A DNA stretch of 64,000 nucleotides from a virus. The stretch lies in the IMG/VR virus record IMGVR_UViG_3300007609_000008, positions 32,001 to 96,000 of that record. The stretch is one strand, 5' to 3'. Shown here piece after piece: positions 43,657 to 53,769 of this stretch; the first letter of the stretch is position 1, and each line of letters opens with the position of its first letter. The position numbers and the translations under genes are program-made. The notes beneath the pieces were generated by a model that was not told the origin of the DNA, made no database searches, and was given only the letters and a program-made list of their open reading frames with translations.

Positions 43657-44384
43657 TGTTTAATTTTTTGAAAAGAAAAGAAAAGCCAATAATTGAATTT
43701 TATTGTCATCCAAATGTTGAGGGTACTATTCCAACTCCTAGGCCAGCGAGCAAACATGTACCAGACTGGTTTAAAAGTATACCACCTACAATGCCTGGGC
43801 GTGATGCTAGAAATAGAAAAGGACTCACTGCAAAAAAATGTATGCCAATGCTGGATGCAATGACACTAGGTTATGTTATACCTCTGTGCGGCGATCTTGG
43901 ACTGAAGTCTTCTGAAGACTGTAATACAATTGAAGTTTTTAATCCTGATGAGCTTAAATTGGCAGAGTTTCATGACCTCAATCAGTTGGGGCCAAAAGCT
44001 CCAGGAATGCCAGCACCACCTGTAAAATTTATTAATCATTGGGTGATAAAAACAGCACCAGGCTGGAGCACCCTAATAATACCTCTAGTCAATAATAGTC
44101 TTGCAAATCCTCACTTTACTTGTTTAGGAGGTCTAGTAGACACTGACACCTATCCAAAAGAAATCAACTTTCCTGCTGTCTGGCACACTCCTAATTTTGA
44201 TGGTTTTCTACCTGCAGGCACTCCATTGGTTGTAGCTATACCTATAAAAAGATCTTCTGTTCCGAGAGAATGTGTGACTAGACCAATGACGGATAAAGAA
44301 TTTAAAGACATTGATATCATACATCGAAAACAATGTAATAAATTGCATGTGTATACCGATGAATTGAGAGAGAAAAGAAAATAA
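43656..44384 (+). CDS. DUF6065-like protein
   Basis: KKCMPMLDAMTLGYVIP, KFINHWVIKTAPGWS, GLVDTD and GTPLV..IP; family call from recall. Confidence 0.6.
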   Translation: MFNFLKRKEKPIIEFYCHPNVEGTIPTPRPASKHVPDWFKSIPPTMPGRDARNRKGLTAKKCMPMLDAMTLGYVIPLCGDLGLKSSEDCNTIEVFNPDELKLAEFHDLNQLGPKAPGMPAPPVKFINHWVIKTAPGWSTLIIPLVNNSLANPHFTCLGGLVDTDTYPKEINFPAVWHTPNFDGFLPAGTPLVVAIPIKRSSVPRECVTRPMTDKEFKDIDIIHRKQCNKLHVYTDELREKRK

Positions 44385-45106
44385 TGTTTTCAATATTTAA
44401 GAAAGAAAAAGATATCGAGTTTGTAGACGTAACTAGAAATGCGTATTTAGATTTTCCTGTTATGATGGCTAAAGATGTTCCTGTGCTAGGAAAAGACGAA
44501 AGAATAGAGAAGTTTGGAGTAAATAAATTTGTACATTGTCCTGGTATGGTAGATTATGCTAAACTAGGTTACGTAATACCTGCTTGGTGCGATATGCGAA
44601 TTAAAGCAAATAAAGCAGGAGTAGTGGCTACTATTGGAGACAACAGAAGAGGCACAAGAGGATTTCATTTACCTAAAAAAATGGATCAAACTATTGTCGA
44701 TGGAATAATAGAACCAGAAGACGGTGTTCCCTTGACAGTTCTTCATATAGGCGCCCCTTGGAATATTTTTGTAAATAAAAATATATCTGCATTACTGATG
44801 CCTGCAGTTTATCATTCGAAGGTTTTTGATGATTTACATGTCTGGCCAGGAGTAGTTGATTACAAAAATTTTACTACTGCTAATTTAATTTGTACTCCGA
44901 AGCGCAAGTGTGAATTTACAATTAAAGCAGGCGAGCCACTCATACATGTGATACCTTTTCTAAATACTCATTTAGAAGCTGGATATGGTCCAGGAACTGA
45001 ACAACAGGTAGATAAGAGTAGAAATACTATACTAGGAGGAGACAGTCAATATTACAGAAAGTTTCTTTCTGTAAAAAAAATATTTAGACTGGAAAAAGAA
45101 GAATGA
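44384..45106 (+). CDS. DUF6065-like protein, paralogue of the previous gene
   Basis: HCPGMVDYAKLGYVIPAW, APWNI, GVVDY and GEPLIHVIP align with the previous gene. Confidence 0.6.
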   Translation: MFSIFKKEKDIEFVDVTRNAYLDFPVMMAKDVPVLGKDERIEKFGVNKFVHCPGMVDYAKLGYVIPAWCDMRIKANKAGVVATIGDNRRGTRGFHLPKKMDQTIVDGIIEPEDGVPLTVLHIGAPWNIFVNKNISALLMPAVYHSKVFDDLHVWPGVVDYKNFTTANLICTPKRKCEFTIKAGEPLIHVIPFLNTHLEAGYGPGTEQQVDKSRNTILGGDSQYYRKFLSVKKIFRLEKEE

Positions 45107-46053
45107 AAATATTTGTTAGCATAGTATCTTTTAGAGATCCCTTATTAAAATACACTGTTAAAAGCCTGTTAGAAGAACAGTCAGGCGACAATGAAATTAT
45201 AATAGGCATATTCGAACAGACAAAATTAGAAGACAGTCTTGTTACTATCGATAAAGAGCTAACAGAGAAGCATAATATTAGATATAAGCGAATTGATCCT
45301 GAGTATGCAGCAGGAGTAGTTTGGGCCAGAAAAATAAATGCAACTCAAATTGAAGATGAAGACTTCTTCTATCAAGTAGATTCACACATTCTATACGATA
45401 GAAACTGGGACAGATACTTGTTGCAAGATTGGGAACTCGCTAGACAAAAAGCAGAAAGTAGTAGAGTAATTTTGACTGCGGCATGTTATATTTACACGCT
45501 CGATGAGGACGGCATTCCTAATAAAGTAACACATAAAGATAATCCATACACCACTTCTTCTAAGTATTTTACTTTCCAAAGACACAATAGATTACCTGCT
45601 GCTCATGGTGAATGGATACCTAAGACTGATGAGGTCATGCCAGCAATTCATATTTTTGCAGGCAATTTTTTTGCTCCTGTAAAGTGGGTTGATGATGTAG
45701 GGTATGACGCTAGAATATTCTTCGAAGGCGAAGAGCAATATATGGTATTAAAATCTTTCATACAAGGTTGGAATTTATATCATTCACGAGAAATGCATTG
45801 TTATCATTATGCAGAAGCGCACAATCACGTAACAAAGCACTGGATAGATCCTGTTTCAAACAATTACACTACCATGATGGCAAAGGGACTCTTGTATTGG
45901 AAGAAATTTTTAGAGAGCATATCCGAAGAAGACTTAAAAAAATATTATGAATATTCTGGTGTTGATTATATAAATGGTATAATTGAAGAAAGAGCATTCA
46001 CCCGCCAAATCATAGATCCTAACGCAACTGGTACTCCAGACTCAGAAGACTAG
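45103..46053 (+). CDS. Gnt1/GT60-like hydroxyproline GlcNAc-transferase
   Basis: IFVSIVSFRD, A.G..WAR, QVDSH...WD, VILT and FFEGEE match the motif series recalled for Dictyostelium Gnt1. Confidence 0.8.
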   Translation: MKIFVSIVSFRDPLLKYTVKSLLEEQSGDNEIIIGIFEQTKLEDSLVTIDKELTEKHNIRYKRIDPEYAAGVVWARKINATQIEDEDFFYQVDSHILYDRNWDRYLLQDWELARQKAESSRVILTAACYIYTLDEDGIPNKVTHKDNPYTTSSKYFTFQRHNRLPAAHGEWIPKTDEVMPAIHIFAGNFFAPVKWVDDVGYDARIFFEGEEQYMVLKSFIQGWNLYHSREMHCYHYAEAHNHVTKHWIDPVSNNYTTMMAKGLLYWKKFLESISEEDLKKYYEYSGVDYINGIIEERAFTRQIIDPNATGTPDSED

Positions 46054-46072
46054 TCTAACTTTATAATTCTGT

Positions 46073-46080
46073 TATAAATA
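46073..46080 (+). promoter_or_regulatory. T4-type late promoter TATAAATA
   Basis: Exact octamer upstream of gp48. Confidence 0.75.
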
Positions 46081-46113
46081 AACAAGAAGTCATATTTAAA
46101 AACAGGAATTATA

Positions 46114-47385
46114 ATGCCAGATTTTTTCACCAATCTAGTAGGTCAATTCGGAGATGCTCTTGAAAGTGGAGCTGAGGCTGTTTCGAATGCTGTTTCGGAT
46201 ATTGCGGATGAGGCATTCGACAAAGCTAGAGCATTAGGCAGTAAACTAGACGGAGAAAATGTCTGGGAAGACGATCAGCCTCTGACTGGTGACGAAAAAA
46301 ATAGACTAGACAAGTATATTTTCTCATCTGCAACTTCGCTTGAATATCCTTTAAAAGTAGGCGAAGAAGATTCAAGAGCGCCAGAACAACTTCACAGCGT
46401 CCGTTTTAGTATTCTTGCAAGAGAAAATAGTAGAGTTGCTCAAGAAACTACCGGTCTTGGTCAAGATCTGGAACGAGAATGGGCAGGACCAGTTGCACCA
46501 AGTACGACTCTCGCAGAATCAGCACCTGTAGATGACACTGATCGAAACAGGCTATCAGCAGATCAAAGACGAGCAGTTGCCCTTCTGAGTTCTGGTGTAG
46601 CAGGCGCAGCTCTTGGACTTTCTGTCGTAGGATCAAAAGGAAATCTACCAGGAAAGGCTGTTTCTGGCTTACTAGGCGGCACATTGGCAGCTGGAGGCGG
46701 AGCTGCCGTGATAGAGAGTGTAAGAACTGTCAGAACCCTTGGTCAAATCAATCTTTTCATATCTCAGCCACCTATCTCTAAGTACAGCGCAAACTGGGAA
46801 AACAAAGAATTAGGAGCACTTGCAGGACTAAGTGACACTGAATTCAATATTTCTGATCTTTTGAAGGGCGCTGGAGGAGTTGGAGAATTAGGAATAAGAG
46901 GCGCAATTAAAGCAGCAGCTAACTTGCCTTCACAATTTGGTTTAACAGGAGAACTAGGAGCGGCTGTTGATTTAGCTTCTGCTAAGGTCGCTAACCCATA
47001 CAAAGAACAACTATTTACTAGTATGGGATTTCGTCAATTCGCATTTAATTATAAATTTGCTCCCAAAAATTTACCAGAATATGAAAATGTAAAAAGGATT
47101 ATTGATCTGTTTAAGTATCATATGCATCCTGAAAATGATCCTACCGGTCTATTCTTAGAATATCCTTCTGAATTTGAAATAGAATATTGCTATAAAGGAA
47201 ACAGAAACAAACATCTAAATAAAATATCTGCGTGTGCTTTAACAGACATAAAAATAACATATGGCAATCAAGATGCTTTTACTACATTTATGGGAACAGA
47301 TGGTGCACCAGTAGAAATTAATTTAGAGTTAGCATTTACCGAACTTGAAACCCTAACCAATAATAGAATAGCGGATGGATTCTAA
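46114..47385 (+). CDS. gp48: baseplate tail-tube cap gp48
   Basis: NPYKEQLFTSMGFRQFAFNYKFAPKN...IIDLFKYHMHP, YPSEFEI and F.ELE.LT. Confidence 0.88.
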   Translation: MPDFFTNLVGQFGDALESGAEAVSNAVSDIADEAFDKARALGSKLDGENVWEDDQPLTGDEKNRLDKYIFSSATSLEYPLKVGEEDSRAPEQLHSVRFSILARENSRVAQETTGLGQDLEREWAGPVAPSTTLAESAPVDDTDRNRLSADQRRAVALLSSGVAGAALGLSVVGSKGNLPGKAVSGLLGGTLAAGGGAAVIESVRTVRTLGQINLFISQPPISKYSANWENKELGALAGLSDTEFNISDLLKGAGGVGELGIRGAIKAAANLPSQFGLTGELGAAVDLASAKVANPYKEQLFTSMGFRQFAFNYKFAPKNLPEYENVKRIIDLFKYHMHPENDPTGLFLEYPSEFEIEYCYKGNRNKHLNKISACALTDIKITYGNQDAFTTFMGTDGAPVEINLELAFTELETLTNNRIADGF

Positions 47386-47891
47386 TGTTTTTTAAAGCAA
47401 TGCCACGATTATCTTATAAAGCTGGCGATAAAACAATACTATCAAAAGATATATTCAGACGAGTTGGTCTGGATAGAAGAATAAATAGTAAATTAGCATT
47501 ACAAGCATATTATGTAAAAGACGGCGAGACGCCTGAAATGTTGGCGAACAACTTTTACAGCACCTCTAAATATCATTGGATATTATTAACGGTCAATGAT
47601 ATTGTAAATGTAAACGAAGAGTGGCCTAAAAGCCAGGCGCTACTTTATGATTATGCCCAACTAAAATATGGAACAGAGAACATTCTCAATGATCACCATT
47701 ATCGACTTACTGCTAACACTTCGATTACAGTAGATTATGATGCAACTGCAATTAATGACGGAACAATACAAGCAGTTTCAAATTTAGATTATGAGATAGA
47801 TGAGAATGAAAAAAAGAGACAGATATATATTTTGAAGCCAGAATTTTTGGCACAGTTTGTTACTAATTATAAGAGTTTGATGGCACAATAA
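47385..47891 (+). CDS. gp53: baseplate wedge protein gp53
   Basis: YYVKDGETPEMLA..FY....YHWILL.VN...EEWP; KRQI.ILKPE. Confidence 0.9.
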   Translation: MFFKAMPRLSYKAGDKTILSKDIFRRVGLDRRINSKLALQAYYVKDGETPEMLANNFYSTSKYHWILLTVNDIVNVNEEWPKSQALLYDYAQLKYGTENILNDHHYRLTANTSITVDYDATAINDGTIQAVSNLDYEIDENEKKRQIYILKPEFLAQFVTNYKSLMAQ

Positions 47892-47892
47892 A

Positions 47893-49254
47893 ATGGAAGA
47901 AGAAGTTCTCATACATGCGGGTGACTTTAAGTTAGAAAAGTTAATCATCTCAAGTCTTAGCACTGAAACATCTGCTGATATTACAGATTTTATGATGGAG
48001 ATAAATCTCTATGAGGACTTATTTTCGCCCTGCATGACTGGCAACTTAATTATAGCAGACGCAGCTAATCTAATATCAAACCTTCCTATTTTAGGAAACG
48101 AATACATCACAATAAAACTTAGAACTCCTTCACTTGAAGATAGTCCAGAAAATGTGATAGAAAAAACTTTTCAGATATATGCTATCTATGATAGAATCTT
48201 GAATGATGATAGATCTCAATATTATAACATTTCATTCATGTCTATTGAAGGATATGAACAGCAAACAACTACGATAACAAAGTCTTACAGCGGTACAACT
48301 GATGCTGTCGCACAGAGCATATATGAAGAATACTTAGAACTCGACAGACCTTTGGTAATTCTTGATACTCCTCATACAAGAAAAGTTAAGTATGTTTCTA
48401 ATCATTGGTCTCCTTTTAAAAATATGAATTTTATAGCAAAAAAAGCAAAAGGATCTTCGTTATTAGGATCTGATTATCTTTTCTTTGAATCAAATAAGGC
48501 ATTTTATTTTACAAGCATAGAAAGTTTAATATATGCACAGAGAAATGAATCAGTCTTTGATGAATATGTTTTAGAAAGAGATGGTGCAAAGATGCCAAGA
48601 AGAATAAGTGATTTAGGTTTTGTTGGCAATAAAATGCCAGATGATATGACTCGGATTGAAAATCTAAAAATGCTTACCTCTGTTGATGTTATGGATGGAA
48701 ACAACAAAGGAGCATTTTCTTCTAGTCTAGATGGTTATGATTTGTACACAAAAAAAATTGTGAGTAAAACATTTGACTTTACAAAAGACATGAACAAATT
48801 TTACAAGACTGGTCCTACAAACATAGTACCATCAAATATAAAAAGAAATCCATTAGCAAAAAAAGATTTTTACTCTTTAAACACTGGTCTATATAACGAT
48901 TACGGACTAACAGACGAAGAAGATTTGCCTGATGGATCTACAGCAAACTATACAGTAGACAGAATTCTTTTTAGACAAAGCTATCTTAATTCGTTTGAAA
49001 ACAATAAATTTTTAATGACGATTCCTGGTAGAACTGACATACAAGTAGGCAACTTAATAAGTCTATTGCATCCGTCTCCTGAGCCACCATCTGATGATTT
49101 GACTGCGGTTTTAGATCCTATGTTGTCTGGTCTTTATATTATTTCAGCTATTCGACACAAGATAACTTCTGATAGACATGTGATGGAAACAGAATTGATA
49201 AAGAATGGATTATCTTCTTCCCCTGAAAATGGTAATCTTGAAGGAGAAGAATAG
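47893..49254 (+). CDS. baseplate hub protein (gp27-like)
   Basis: INLYEDLFSP.MTG, YLFFE..K.F.F.S.E, and IPG...I.VG...G.Y.IS.I.H; sits before gp5. Confidence 0.7.
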   Translation: MEEEVLIHAGDFKLEKLIISSLSTETSADITDFMMEINLYEDLFSPCMTGNLIIADAANLISNLPILGNEYITIKLRTPSLEDSPENVIEKTFQIYAIYDRILNDDRSQYYNISFMSIEGYEQQTTTITKSYSGTTDAVAQSIYEEYLELDRPLVILDTPHTRKVKYVSNHWSPFKNMNFIAKKAKGSSLLGSDYLFFESNKAFYFTSIESLIYAQRNESVFDEYVLERDGAKMPRRISDLGFVGNKMPDDMTRIENLKMLTSVDVMDGNNKGAFSSSLDGYDLYTKKIVSKTFDFTKDMNKFYKTGPTNIVPSNIKRNPLAKKDFYSLNTGLYNDYGLTDEEDLPDGSTANYTVDRILFRQSYLNSFENNKFLMTIPGRTDIQVGNLISLLHPSPEPPSDDLTAVLDPMLSGLYIISAIRHKITSDRHVMETELIKNGLSSSPENGNLEGEE

Positions 49255-50775
49255 ATGTATCCTAATTTTAAATGGTGGATAGGTGTAGTAGAAGATAGAG
49301 CTGATCCCGCTCAGTTGGGTAGATGTAAAGTAAGAATCATAGGTTATCACACCAATAATACAACTGATTTACCAAAGAGCGAATTGCCCTGGGCAGTTCC
49401 TATGATGCCTATGACATCTGCCAGTATCTCTGGTGTAGGAGAAACTCCTTCTTATGTCGAAGGATCTACCGTAGTCGGTTTTTTTAGTGATGGAGATGAC
49501 GAACAAGTTCCTATAATTTTTGGCACTCTTCCTGGAAAGCCAAGAAACAAAAGAGATCCATCAGAAGGATTTGCTGATCCTCATGGAGTATTTCCTAGAG
49601 AAGGCGAAAATGGTCTTAACGGTCTTCAAGAATCAGACATGTCAAGACTTGCTAGAAATGCAGTTGCAGAAGGTCATTTAACGCTAGTTAATAAAAGAGC
49701 AACTCGTCTAGGTGAAAAGAAACAACCAGACCCTGAAGCAAATGAAGTGCCAAGAGCAACTGCTCCTCGTGTAACGTCTATCAGTGAAGATATACCAGGG
49801 GCAGTTTATGATCGAGAGATGTGGGAAGAGCCTCATCCAAGATTTGGAGATACAGATACTGGTGATTATAATGCGCCGAATCAAGTACCAAATCTGAATG
49901 GCAAGACCTCGGCATATCCTTATAACAAAGTAACTGAAACTGAAACTGGCCATGTTTTTGAAGTAGATGACACACCCAACAATGGTAGAATACACGAATA
50001 TCATAATGCAGGTACTTTTTATGAGATACAGGCAGATGGATCTAAAATTACAAAAGTTGTCGGTGATGAATACGAGATAACTCTGCTGGACAAAAAAGTT
50101 TATGTTAAGGGTACATGTGATGTTACTATTGGAGGCGATGCTAGACTTCTAGTGACCGGAGACATGTATCAAGAAATTGGCGGCAATTTATATACAACAG
50201 TAGGAAAAAACCGAGTTACTAAAATTGTAGGAAATGATTTGACAGAAGTTTTGTCAGGACAGAGCACCAACGTCACTCGGGATTCTTCTTTTAAAACTAC
50301 TGGCAATCATACAGTAAATATATCAAAAGATTATACAGAAACAACTGTCGGTAATAAATTTTCTTTTGTGGCAGAAAGCAGCAGATCACATGTACTGAAA
50401 AGCACAAGTATTGTCTCGGGACTAGGAGTTAAAATTCTTAGTGCAACTGGCAATCTGAAACTACTAGCGCCGATTGGAACATTAAAGGCTATTAGTTTAA
50501 ATATGTCACTTAAGGCTACTTTAAATCAATCTATCACCGGTTCTGTGCAGCTAGTAGAAGCAAAGTCGTTGCAGACTCTATCTTCATTAGGAGCACAAGT
50601 ATTGACATCAACGGCACAGCAGACAGTAGCACCTGCTAGAAGTATTATAGGCAACACAACCCACACAGGAAACTATACTGTGATTGGTGTTGCTAGTGGC
50701 ACTATAGTTAGACAAGGCGCAATTGTACTAGGAACACATAGACATCCAGCTAACATGACACCACCGGTACCGTAG
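49255..50775 (+). CDS. gp5: baseplate central spike gp5, no lysozyme domain seen
   Basis: WWIGVVEDR.DP..LGRCKVRIIGYH OB fold; YPYNKV.ETETGHVFEVDDTP..RIHEYH; beta-helix repeats; terminal THRH. Confidence 0.9.
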   Translation: MYPNFKWWIGVVEDRADPAQLGRCKVRIIGYHTNNTTDLPKSELPWAVPMMPMTSASISGVGETPSYVEGSTVVGFFSDGDDEQVPIIFGTLPGKPRNKRDPSEGFADPHGVFPREGENGLNGLQESDMSRLARNAVAEGHLTLVNKRATRLGEKKQPDPEANEVPRATAPRVTSISEDIPGAVYDREMWEEPHPRFGDTDTGDYNAPNQVPNLNGKTSAYPYNKVTETETGHVFEVDDTPNNGRIHEYHNAGTFYEIQADGSKITKVVGDEYEITLLDKKVYVKGTCDVTIGGDARLLVTGDMYQEIGGNLYTTVGKNRVTKIVGNDLTEVLSGQSTNVTRDSSFKTTGNHTVNISKDYTETTVGNKFSFVAESSRSHVLKSTSIVSGLGVKILSATGNLKLLAPIGTLKAISLNMSLKATLNQSITGSVQLVEAKSLQTLSSLGAQVLTSTAQQTVAPARSIIGNTTHTGNYTVIGVASGTIVRQGAIVLGTHRHPANMTPPVP

Positions 50776-50784
50776 GAATAATAT

Positions 50785-51414
50785 ATGAGTTTATGCGGCG
50801 CAACTGAAAAACTAGTAGAACTTACTGATAGTTTTTTGACACAAGACGAACTGATAGATAAAGTTATCGATGAGCTTCCTATCACTCCTGCACAAGGCCA
50901 GTCTATTCAAGATGCAATTGAAATCGCTCTTATTGCAACCGATGCAGCGGCTTTGCAGTCTTTAGTCACTGCAAAAATAAAAGAACATCTTCCAGAAATA
51001 GAAGTGCCAGAAGAAATAAAAGGACTTCAATCTGATATTCAGTCTTTTGCTTCTGACATTTTAGCAGCCAAACTGGCAGCGGAAGATATTGCAAACGAAG
51101 TCAATAATTTAAAAACAAAATACAGCGGATTAGATTTAGGAGATGTTGATATTCAAGATATTCCTAAACTCTTAAAACAAGGTGCTCTTGATCTGAATAA
51201 TCTTTGTAAAAAGATACCTAACTTCGAAGAGGACGGTGCTGGATTTGTCTTGAAAGGTACTCCAATAACTACACCAAATTCTAGTCCTGTGTTCGATCTA
51301 TTAGGAATAGAAATACCAGAAATACAAGATTTTGTTTATAGAATACAAGAAGTAAAACAAGCGAAAGAAGAATCTTTTATTGACGTAGAACTCCCAGAAT
51401 CTATAGGACTATAA
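50785..51414 (+). CDS. hypothetical protein
   Basis: 209 aa acidic ORF between gp5 and gp25. Confidence 0.8.
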   Translation: MSLCGATEKLVELTDSFLTQDELIDKVIDELPITPAQGQSIQDAIEIALIATDAAALQSLVTAKIKEHLPEIEVPEEIKGLQSDIQSFASDILAAKLAAEDIANEVNNLKTKYSGLDLGDVDIQDIPKLLKQGALDLNNLCKKIPNFEEDGAGFVLKGTPITTPNSSPVFDLLGIEIPEIQDFVYRIQEVKQAKEESFIDVELPESIGL

Positions 51415-51424
51415 CAAAAAGAGT

Positions 51425-51432
51425 TATAAATA
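51425..51432 (+). promoter_or_regulatory. T4-type late promoter TATAAATA
   Basis: Exact octamer just upstream of gp25. Confidence 0.7.
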
Positions 51433-51437
51433 CTAAA

Positions 51438-51842
51438 ATGGCAAACGACACTCTTAAAGTATCTAGACTATATAAAGATTTGGACTTAGCATTTAGTGCT
51501 AATCCACTGACCAGTGATGTCTCCAAAAAAATAGATGCAAATGCAGTAAAGCAAGCAATCAAAATATTAATGCTTACTAATTTCTATGAGCGCCCATTTG
51601 CTCCTCAAAAAGGAGCTAATTTAAGAGGGCTCTTGTTTGAGCCAATGAGTGCAAACTTTGCCAGCGTAATTGAAAGAACTATAACTGATTTAATTGGAAA
51701 TTACGAACCAAGAGCTAGAATTCAGTCTTTAATAGTAACTCCCAATTTTGATACAAATGCGTATGAAGTAACTTTGACATTTTTTATTGTAGGTATAACC
51801 AGACCTCAAACACTTACGGCCAACTTAAAAAGATTAAGGTAG
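51438..51842 (+). CDS. gp25: baseplate wedge subunit gp25
   Basis: YKDLDLAF..NP, AVKQAIK.L..TN.YERPF, LLFEP and YEPR. Confidence 0.93.
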   Translation: MANDTLKVSRLYKDLDLAFSANPLTSDVSKKIDANAVKQAIKILMLTNFYERPFAPQKGANLRGLLFEPMSANFASVIERTITDLIGNYEPRARIQSLIVTPNFDTNAYEVTLTFFIVGITRPQTLTANLKRLR

Positions 51843-51846
51843 AACA

Positions 51847-53769
51847 ATGGCACAACTCAATGTAACAGAATTAGATTTCGATCAAATAAAACAGTCTTTA
51901 AAAACTTTCATGCAAGCGCAAGATGAATTTAGAGATTACGATTTTGAGGGTTCTGCGCTGTCTGTTTTATTGGATACGTTAGCTTACAATACTCATTACA
52001 ATGCTGTCCTTGCTCACATGATTGCAAACGAATCTTTTTTAGATTCCGCCATAAAAAGAAATTCAGTAGTCTCTATTGCAAAGTCTCTCGGGTATACTCC
52101 AAGGTCGAATAGAGCTGCTACAGCATATGTTGATTTTTCTGTAAAGCCTGCTTCATCTTATACTAATATTAACTTTACTCTTTCTAGAGATACTGTTTTT
52201 ACTTCACGTAATGGCACTACTTCTTTTAATTTTTACCCAGAGTCAGATGTCACTGCCGTGCTAGAGACTGTTGATGGGGTAGATAAATTTGTCTTCAATA
52301 ATCTTGCTTTAAAAGAAGGCACAAGAGTTACAAACAGATTCTTTATAGACTTAAATACTGTTTCGGGACCTCTTACTATACCAAATGAATCCATAGATAC
52401 CAGTTCTTTGCGTGTTAGAGTTCAAACTTCTAATACAGATCTATCTATTCAAACATACACGTTGTCTACGGGCCTTCTAGATTTAAAAAGCGACACCCGA
52501 GCATATTTTGTAGAAGAGGGACACGATGGAAAATATATCATTAGATTTGGTGATGATGTATTTGGCAAAAAGCTAGAACCAGGAAATATTGTAATTGTAG
52601 ATTATCTGGTCTCATCGGGCGAAGCTGCCAACGGAGCTAGATCTTTTAGTGTCGCAGGGACATTGACTGCTGATGATGGAGCCGAGCTAGACAAAGAATT
52701 GAAGTTTTTTGAAAACACAGTTAGAGCTGCAGGCGGATCTGCTAGAGAAAGTATCGATAGCATAAGAAAAACAGCTCCAATCTATAACCAGACAAAAGAA
52801 AGAGCGGTAGCAGCATCAGACTATAGAAGTCTTATCCTCGCAGAAAATCCTAGCGTTCAGTCGTGCTCTGTATGGGGAGGAGAAAATAATGATCCTCCTA
52901 TTTATGGTAAAGTTTTTATTTCGTTGGATCCTGTTCAAGGCCAAATCATTACCGATGAGCTAAAAGACAACATTATAAACACTCTGATTTCTCCAAGAGC
53001 TCCCGTTGCTGTATTGCCAGAGTTTGTTGATCCTGAATATACCTATATAGGTTTAAGAGCTGGTATTGTTTACGATCCATCAAGAACATCTTTGACTTCT
53101 GGGCAAATATCTCAAGCAGCTAATACTGCAATTATAAACTATTTTAATACTGATTTGAATCAGTTGAATAAAAACTTTTACTACTCTGCTGTACATAATG
53201 TAGTTAAAGCTGTATCAGAATCTATTGTTTCTGTAAATATAACTCCAACTTTACAAAAAAGAATTACTGCAATACTTGGAGAGAAAAGTAATTACAATTT
53301 TACATTTAATAGCAGAATACAACCCAGAGAACTGCATAGTACATGGGCAAATATTAAAGTAACAGATACAATATATAAAGTTAAATTTCAAGATGTTCCA
53401 AATTCAGGTGTTGTACCTCCTGCTTACAATGGCACGGGAACGGTTTTCCTTGTAGATACAAGTGGAACTAGAATAGCAAATGTGGGTACAATAGACTACA
53501 GCACAGGAAAATTATCTTTAAATGGAGTCAATGTAACTTCATTGTATGGTAATGAGAGTGAGTTAAAATTTAGAACTAGACCGCATGATGATTCGAAAGA
53601 TATTGTAACTAGTACATTAACACGCCAATCTGACGTATCAAACGAAGCAGTGGTTGCAAAGCCTTCAAAAAATACAATTCTTACTCTTGACAATAGTGTA
53701 TTTGACAGCACTGTAGGATTAAGAAAAGGATTGGAAATAGTAGTAACGACTGAAACCGAAGGTTATTAA
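51847..53769 (+). CDS. gp6: baseplate wedge subunit gp6
   Basis: [47 protein letters not shown] and WGGE.N.PP.YGKVFIS. Confidence 0.95.
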   Translation: MAQLNVTELDFDQIKQSLKTFMQAQDEFRDYDFEGSALSVLLDTLAYNTHYNAVLAHMIANESFLDSAIKRNSVVSIAKSLGYTPRSNRAATAYVDFSVKPASSYTNINFTLSRDTVFTSRNGTTSFNFYPESDVTAVLETVDGVDKFVFNNLALKEGTRVTNRFFIDLNTVSGPLTIPNESIDTSSLRVRVQTSNTDLSIQTYTLSTGLLDLKSDTRAYFVEEGHDGKYIIRFGDDVFGKKLEPGNIVIVDYLVSSGEAANGARSFSVAGTLTADDGAELDKELKFFENTVRAAGGSARESIDSIRKTAPIYNQTKERAVAASDYRSLILAENPSVQSCSVWGGENNDPPIYGKVFISLDPVQGQIITDELKDNIINTLISPRAPVAVLPEFVDPEYTYIGLRAGIVYDPSRTSLTSGQISQAANTAIINYFNTDLNQLNKNFYYSAVHNVVKAVSESIVSVNITPTLQKRITAILGEKSNYNFTFNSRIQPRELHSTWANIKVTDTIYKVKFQDVPNSGVVPPAYNGTGTVFLVDTSGTRIANVGTIDYSTGKLSLNGVNVTSLYGNESELKFRTRPHDDSKDIVTSTLTRQSDVSNEAVVAKPSKNTILTLDNSVFDSTVGLRKGLEIVVTTETEGY

